DNA from: an uncultured Thermoleophilia bacterium
Lineage (GTDB): Bacteria; Actinomycetota; Thermoleophilia; Gaiellales; Gaiellaceae
DNA length: 64,000 nt
Direction: 5' to 3'
NCBI GenBank assembly: GCA_963733995.1
Contig: CAVTFO010000008.1
Coordinates: 48,900 to 112,899 of the forward strand
The notes beneath the pieces are model-generated. The model was given only the letters and a program-made list of their open reading frames with translations, did no database searches and was not told the origin of the DNA. Each line of letters begins with the position of its first letter. The first letter of the stretch is position 1. Positions 59,289 through 64,000 of this stretch are shown here, piece after piece. The translations under genes were made by a program, and so were the position numbers.

Positions 59289-60667
59289 TTACACCTTCGG
59301 CGTCGCGCGCCCTCCGAGGTGGAGGCAGCGGCTGCCGTCCGACAGCGTGACGAACCGGACGGGCAGCCACAGCCCCGGCGCCAACGGGTGCTGCGTCAGG
59401 AAGAAGTCGTCGTCCGGGTCGAGCACGAGCAGCGGCAGCTCGAACGGCTCCGGCGTCAGCTCCGACCCGAGCCCCGTCACCGTCTGCACGGCGACGATCC
59501 CGCCGTCGCGGGCCACGACCTCGATCGAGGCGCCCGCGCGCGCGTACGTGCCGACGTACGGCGCCGGGTCGACGGGCGGCTGCTCGGCGAGCGGGACGAC
59601 GTCGGCGGGCAGCTCGACGCCTGCCGCGTCGGCCAGGAGCGGGCCGCAGAGCTCGCGGAAGAGCGCGATCGGATGGCCGCCGTTCGTGAGCAGCGCGACC
59701 GCGACGCCGGCCTCCGGGACGACGCGCAGGAAGGCGGACTGCCCGATCGTCCCGCCGTCGTGCCCGACCACCTGCCTCCCGCTCCACTCGTTGAGCGACC
59801 ACCCGAGGCCCCAGCGCGGCGGGAACGGCCCGATCCCGCTCGGCACGACGGCGAGCGGCTCCCGCATCGCCGCGAGGGAGTCGTCGCGCAGGAGGCGGTC
59901 GCCGCTCGGGCTCACGCCGCCGAGATGGAGCGCGGCGAACCCGAGCAGGTCGCTCGCGGTCGAGCAGATCCCGCCGGCGGGCCCGGCGGAGCGCGGCAGT
60001 CCCCACATGGGCGCGGTGCGGCGCTCGTGGCCGGGCGGCTCGATGTGCCCGATCGCGGCGCGGAAGCGCAGCACGTCCTCGGCGAGCGTGGCCGTGTGGG
60101 CCAACTCGAGCGGCTCGGCGAGCCGCGTCCGGATCGCCTCGTCCCAGACCGCGTCGGTGACGACCTCGACGATGCGGCCGAGGATCGAGAACCCCGTGTT
60201 GCAGTACGACATCGTCGCCCCGAGCGGATGCACCTGCGTCACCGCGGCACAGCTCTCGACGTAGGCGGCGAGCGCGTCGTCGCCGCGGCCGGTGTCGGCG
60301 AAGTGGTCGCCGTCGATCCCGCTCGTGTGCGTGAGCAGGTGCTGGATCGTGACCGACGCCGACACGTCCTCGTCGGCGACGCGGAACTCCGGGCAGGTAG
60401 CGGCGCACCGGTGCGTCCAGCTCGACCCGCCCCTCCTCGACGAGCTGCATGACGACCGTCGCCGTCCAGACCTTCGTGATCGACCCGATCTGGAAGAGCG
60501 AGTCGGCCGTCGCCTCGACGCCGGTGTCGAGGTTGAGCGATCCCGGAGGCGGCGGCCACGACGGCGCCGTCGCGCAGCACCGCGACGGACGCGCCCGGCA
60601 CGTCGTGCTCCTCGCGCAGGTCGTCGAGCCGTTCCTGGAGCGTCGGGCTATCGATCGCGAGCGACAT
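59289..60667 (-). CDS. beta-lactamase-fold serine hydrolase (class C / D-aminopeptidase-like; needs 2 frame corrections)
   Basis: ORF 60239..60667 starts [34 protein letters not shown]. The ORF 58693..61788 frame has the SxxK motif [26 protein letters not shown] 59289..60365 reads [29 protein letters not shown] and a C-terminal beta domain. Confidence 0.8.
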
Positions 60668-61665
60668 GGGCTTCCTCCTGGGGGTCGAGGCTGACGGCGG
60701 CGGGCGCGCCGGCGAAGTGACACGCGGCGCGATGGGGCCGGGCGGCGGCGCCCTCGTACGGGTCCCGGTCGATGCAGATCTGCCGGGTCGCGTCGACCAT
60801 CGGCCCGACCGGGCAGCGCGGGTGGAAGTGGCAGCCGGCCGGCGGGTGGCGCGGGTCGGGTGCGTCCCCTTCGAGGATGCCCTCCTCGCCCAGGCTCGTC
60901 TGCCCCAGCCGGGGCACGGCGTCGAGCAGCGTGCGCGTGTACGGGTGCTGCGGATCCGAGACGACGGCGTCGGTCGGCCCGACCTCGACGATGCGCCCGA
61001 GGTACATGACCGCGAGCACGTCGCTCACGTAGCGGACGGTCGCGAGGTTGTGCGAGACGAAGACCATCGAGTGCCCGAGCCGCTGCTGCAGGTCGCGCAT
61101 GAGGTTCAGCACGGCGCTCTGGACGGACACGTCGAGCGACGAGGTGATCTCGTCCGCGATCAGCACCTCGGGCCCGCGCGCGAGCGCCCGCGCGATCGCG
61201 ACGCGCTGCCGCTGGCCGCCGGAGAGGCGGCTCGGCAGCTGGCCGGCGAGGTCGGCGTCGAGGTGGACGAGGTCGAGGTACTCCCGGACGGCCGCGGCGC
61301 GGGCGCCGCGCCCGTAGCCGCCCCGGACGGTGAGCGCCTCGGACAGCATCGCGCCGACCGTCATCCGCGGGCTCAGCGACGAGAACGGGTCCTGGAAGAT
61401 CACCTGCACGCGGCGGCGGCGATCGGCCACGCGGCCGTTCCGCGCGACGCGCACGCGCTCGTCGTCGAGGCAGCACCTCGCCCGCGGCGAGCGGGACGAG
61501 CCCGACGAGCGCGCGGGCGAGCGTCGACTTGCCCGAGCCCGACTCGCCGACGAGGCCGACCGTCGTCCGCTCGGGCACGGCGAGATCGACGCGGTCGACG
61601 GCCGTCAGCCGCTGCTGCCCGTGTCCGAAGCGGACGGTGACGCCGCGAGCCTCGAGCGCGGTCAC
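60648..61665 (-). CDS. peptide/nickel ABC transporter ATP-binding protein (OppF/DppF-like; needs 1 frame correction)
   Basis: GTG 61665 overlaps the upstream stop (GTGA). Walker [10 protein letters not shown]. Break near 61480. Then ORF 60648..61454: [49 protein letters not shown]. Confidence 0.88.
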
Positions 61666-63580
61666 GCGAGCACGTCCTGCCGTTGCCCCGCGACCTCGGC
61701 GCGGGCGCGGGACTCGTCGCTCGTGAGCGGGTACCAGCAGGCGACGCGATGGCCGGGTGCCGAGCGGGTCGAGCGGCGGCCGCTCCACGCGGCAGCGGTC
61801 GGTCGCGATCGGGCACCGCGTCGCGAAGGGGCAGCCGGGCGAGCTGGTCGAACGGGCCCGGCGCCCGCCCGGGGATGGTGGCGAGCGGTTGCGAGCGGTC
61901 GGACTCCATCGTCGGGACGGACGCGATGAGCGCCGCGGTGTAAGGGTGCGCGGGCGCGTCGACGAGGCTCTGGACGTCGAGCTCCTCGACGATCCGGCCC
62001 GCGTACATGACGACCACGCGGCTGCACAGCTGCGAGACGACGGCGACGTCGTGGGAGATGAAGAGCGCGGCCGCGTCGCGCGACTCGGTCACGTTCCGGA
62101 GCAGCCGCAGGATCTGCTGCTGCACGGTGACGTCGAGCGCCGTCGTCGGCTCGTCCGCGATCGTCAGCCGCGGGTCGATCATCAGCCCCATCGCGATGAC
62201 CGCGCGCTGGCGCATGCCGCCGGAGAACTCGTGCGGGTACTGGCGCACGCGCGCCTCGGCGCCGGCGATGCGGACGGAGCGGAGGCGGTCGACGCTCCGC
62301 TGCCGCGCCTGCGCGCGCGGGAGCCCGTCGTGCACCTCCGCCACCTCGCGAGCTGCCGGCCGACGCGCAGGGCCGGGTTGAGCGACGACATCGGATCCTG
62401 GTAGACGATCGCGAGCGACCGCCCGAACAGCCTCCGGCGCTCCGCCTCGGAGAGGTCGCGCGGGTCGCGGCCGCAGAGCTCGTAGCGCGCCGCCGTCATC
62501 CGCGCGTTCGGCGGCAGCAGGTCGGCGATCGCCATCGCCGTGAGCGTCTTCCCGGAGCCCGACTCGCCGACGACCCCGACGATCTCCCCCGCCCGCGCGC
62601 TGCAGCGACACGTCGCGCACCGGGACGGAGCCGCCCGGGAACGCGACCGTCAGCCCCTCGACCGCGAGCACCTCCGTCCGACGGCCGCGTCCTCCGCCCG
62701 GCGGCCGGTCGGCAGCACGGCCGGCGCCTCCCCGGACTCGCGCCGCCACCGCGACGCTCGACTGTCCCGCGGCGACCTTGGCGAGCGTCTCGCCGAGCAG
62801 CGTGAACGCGAGCGCGGCGAGGATGATCGCGACGGCCGGCCCGAGCGCCACCACCGGCGTGACGTAGATGCTGCCGAGGCCCTCGCTCAGCATGCGGCCC
62901 CAGTCGTAGTCCGGCGGCTGCACGGCGAGGCCGAGGAAGCTCAGGCCGGCGAGCGCGAGCAGCGCCTCGCCCACCGCGAGCGTGGTCGTGAGCAGCAGCG
63001 GCTCGGCGACGTTCGGCAGCACGTGGCGGCAGGAGCAGGCGCGTGCGCCCGACGCCGAGGACCCGCGCCGCGGCGACGTAGTCGGAGCCGATCACCGAGG
63101 ACGACAGCGTCTGCATCAGACGTGCGAAGTACGGCGCGACCGCGACGCCGATGCCGAACACCGCTCCGCGCGCGCCGACGCCGACGATCGCGGCGACGAA
63201 GATCGCGACGAGCAGCGCCGGGAACGCGACCGTGAGGTTGATGAACGCCGTCAACAGCCGCCCGAGCCGGTCCCCGACGAGCGTCGAGAGCGCCCCGAGC
63301 GTGATCCCCAGCGCCGCCCCGATCGCGGTCGCGATGAGCGCGAGCACGATCGACAGCCGCGCCGCGACGAGGACGCGCTAGCAGGATGTCGCGGCCGAGC
63401 GCGTCCGTCCCGAGCGGATGCTCGCGGCTCGCGCCCTGGGACACCGCGGTGAAGTCGAACCGCGCCGCGTCGTCCGCCCAGAGCACGGGCCCGAGCGACC
63501 GCGAGGGCGACGATCGCGCCGACGCCGAGCACGGCGACGAGCCCGACCGGCGTGCGGAGGACCTGGCCCCAGCGTCCCAT
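61662..63580 (-). CDS. fused peptide ABC transporter permease (OppC/DppC-like) + ATP-binding protein (OppD/DppD-like) (needs many frame corrections)
   Basis: ATG 63580 (ORF 63251..63580). The permease lies in ORFs 62941..63486 and 62496..63347 ([25 protein letters not shown]). ORF 61400..63022 reads from the permease tail ([20 protein letters not shown]) through a linker into the ATPase ([10 protein letters not shown]..., [33 protein letters not shown]) without a stop. Confidence 0.78.
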
Positions 63581-63592
63581 GCGACTGGACGC

Positions 63593-64000
63593 TCACCGGT
63601 CGAGGATCGTCGAGCGGGGGTCGATCGCGCCGAGCACGATGTCGACGGCGAAGTTGATGAGGAGGACGAACGTGCCGAAGAGCAGCGCGAGCCCCTGCAC
63701 GGCCGGGTAGTCCTTCTGCGTGACCGACTGGACGAGCGTGGTCCCGAGCCCGGGCCACGCGAAGATGTTCTCGACGAGCACCGTCCCGGCGATCAGGCCG
63801 CCGAGGAGCAGTCCCGCGATCGTCAGGGTCGCCGTCAGCGTGTTGGGCAGCGCATGGCGCAGGTAGACGTGCCGCCGGGGCAGCCGCTTGCCGCGCGCGG
63901 TGCGCATGTAGTCCTGGTCGAGGACGCGCAGCCCCTCGACCCTGACGATGCGCGCGAGCGCCGCCGCCGGCGCGATCGCGAGCGCCGCGACCGGCAGGAC
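63593..64000 (-). CDS. peptide ABC transporter permease (OppB/DppB-like), 5' end beyond the window
   Basis: ORF 63593..63907(-) gives the C-terminal part: RHALPNTLTATLTIAGLLLGGLIAGTVLVENIFAWPGLGTTLVQSV...AVDIVLGAIDPR. The frame stays open up to 64000. Confidence 0.8.
   Translation of the reverse strand, partial: VLPVAALAIAPAAALARIVRVEGLRVLDQDYMRTARGKRLPRRHVYLRHALPNTLTATLTIAGLLLGGLIAGTVLVENIFAWPGLGTTLVQSVTQKDYPAVQGLALLFGTFVLLINFAVDIVLGAIDPRSTILDR

Overview
This is a very GC-rich chromosomal segment (by eye well above 65% G+C, with G/C at almost every third codon position). The gene content looks like an Actinomycetota-type bacterium: MMPL, a DDN/F420-type nitroreductase, LAL-type LuxR regulators, ECF sigma factors with SnoaL-like tails, and DHA2 MFS pumps. 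I found no rRNA, tRNA, CRISPR array, transposase, integrase or prophage block. About 64 protein genes can be supported.

Landmarks:
- hbd plus thiolase (12-4084).
- A complete trpE-G-D-C-F-B-A operon with a candidate Trp-codon leader peptide and attenuator (4111-10212).
- Four paralogous DHA2-type MFS exporters (starting at 11571, 17418, 26499 and 53943), an MMPL transporter and an ABC-2 exporter pair.
- An OmpR/histidine-kinase pair, two large LuxR/LAL regulators and two ECF sigma factors.
- cspA and a 1-Cys peroxiredoxin.
- A peptide ABC operon (oppB-like, fused permease/ATPase, oppF-like) that ends in a beta-lactamase-fold hydrolase.

Roughly half of the genes need one or more +/-1 frame corrections to read full length. 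The breaks are clustered, and this looks more like indel error in the assembly than gene decay.

Best follow-up candidates:
1. A fusion of two cNMP-binding domains to a class-V PLP enzyme, divergent from a group II PLP decarboxylase (49058-53218).
2. An overlapping HipA-like kinase + DUF3037-like gene pair (20525-21647).
3. An Asp-box beta-propeller followed by a MoaD/ThiS-like protein ending in Gly-Gly, with no E1/MoeB nearby (40205-41550).
4. An orphan phage tail-tube (gp19-like) gene that carries a signal peptide (55432-55872).
5. Two 34-nt direct repeats 99 nt apart (34811-34943).
6. The trp leader, plus a 34-codon ORF that exactly bridges trpB and trpA.

All family assignments come from motif recognition by eye on the supplied ORF translations. 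No database or folding searches were run.
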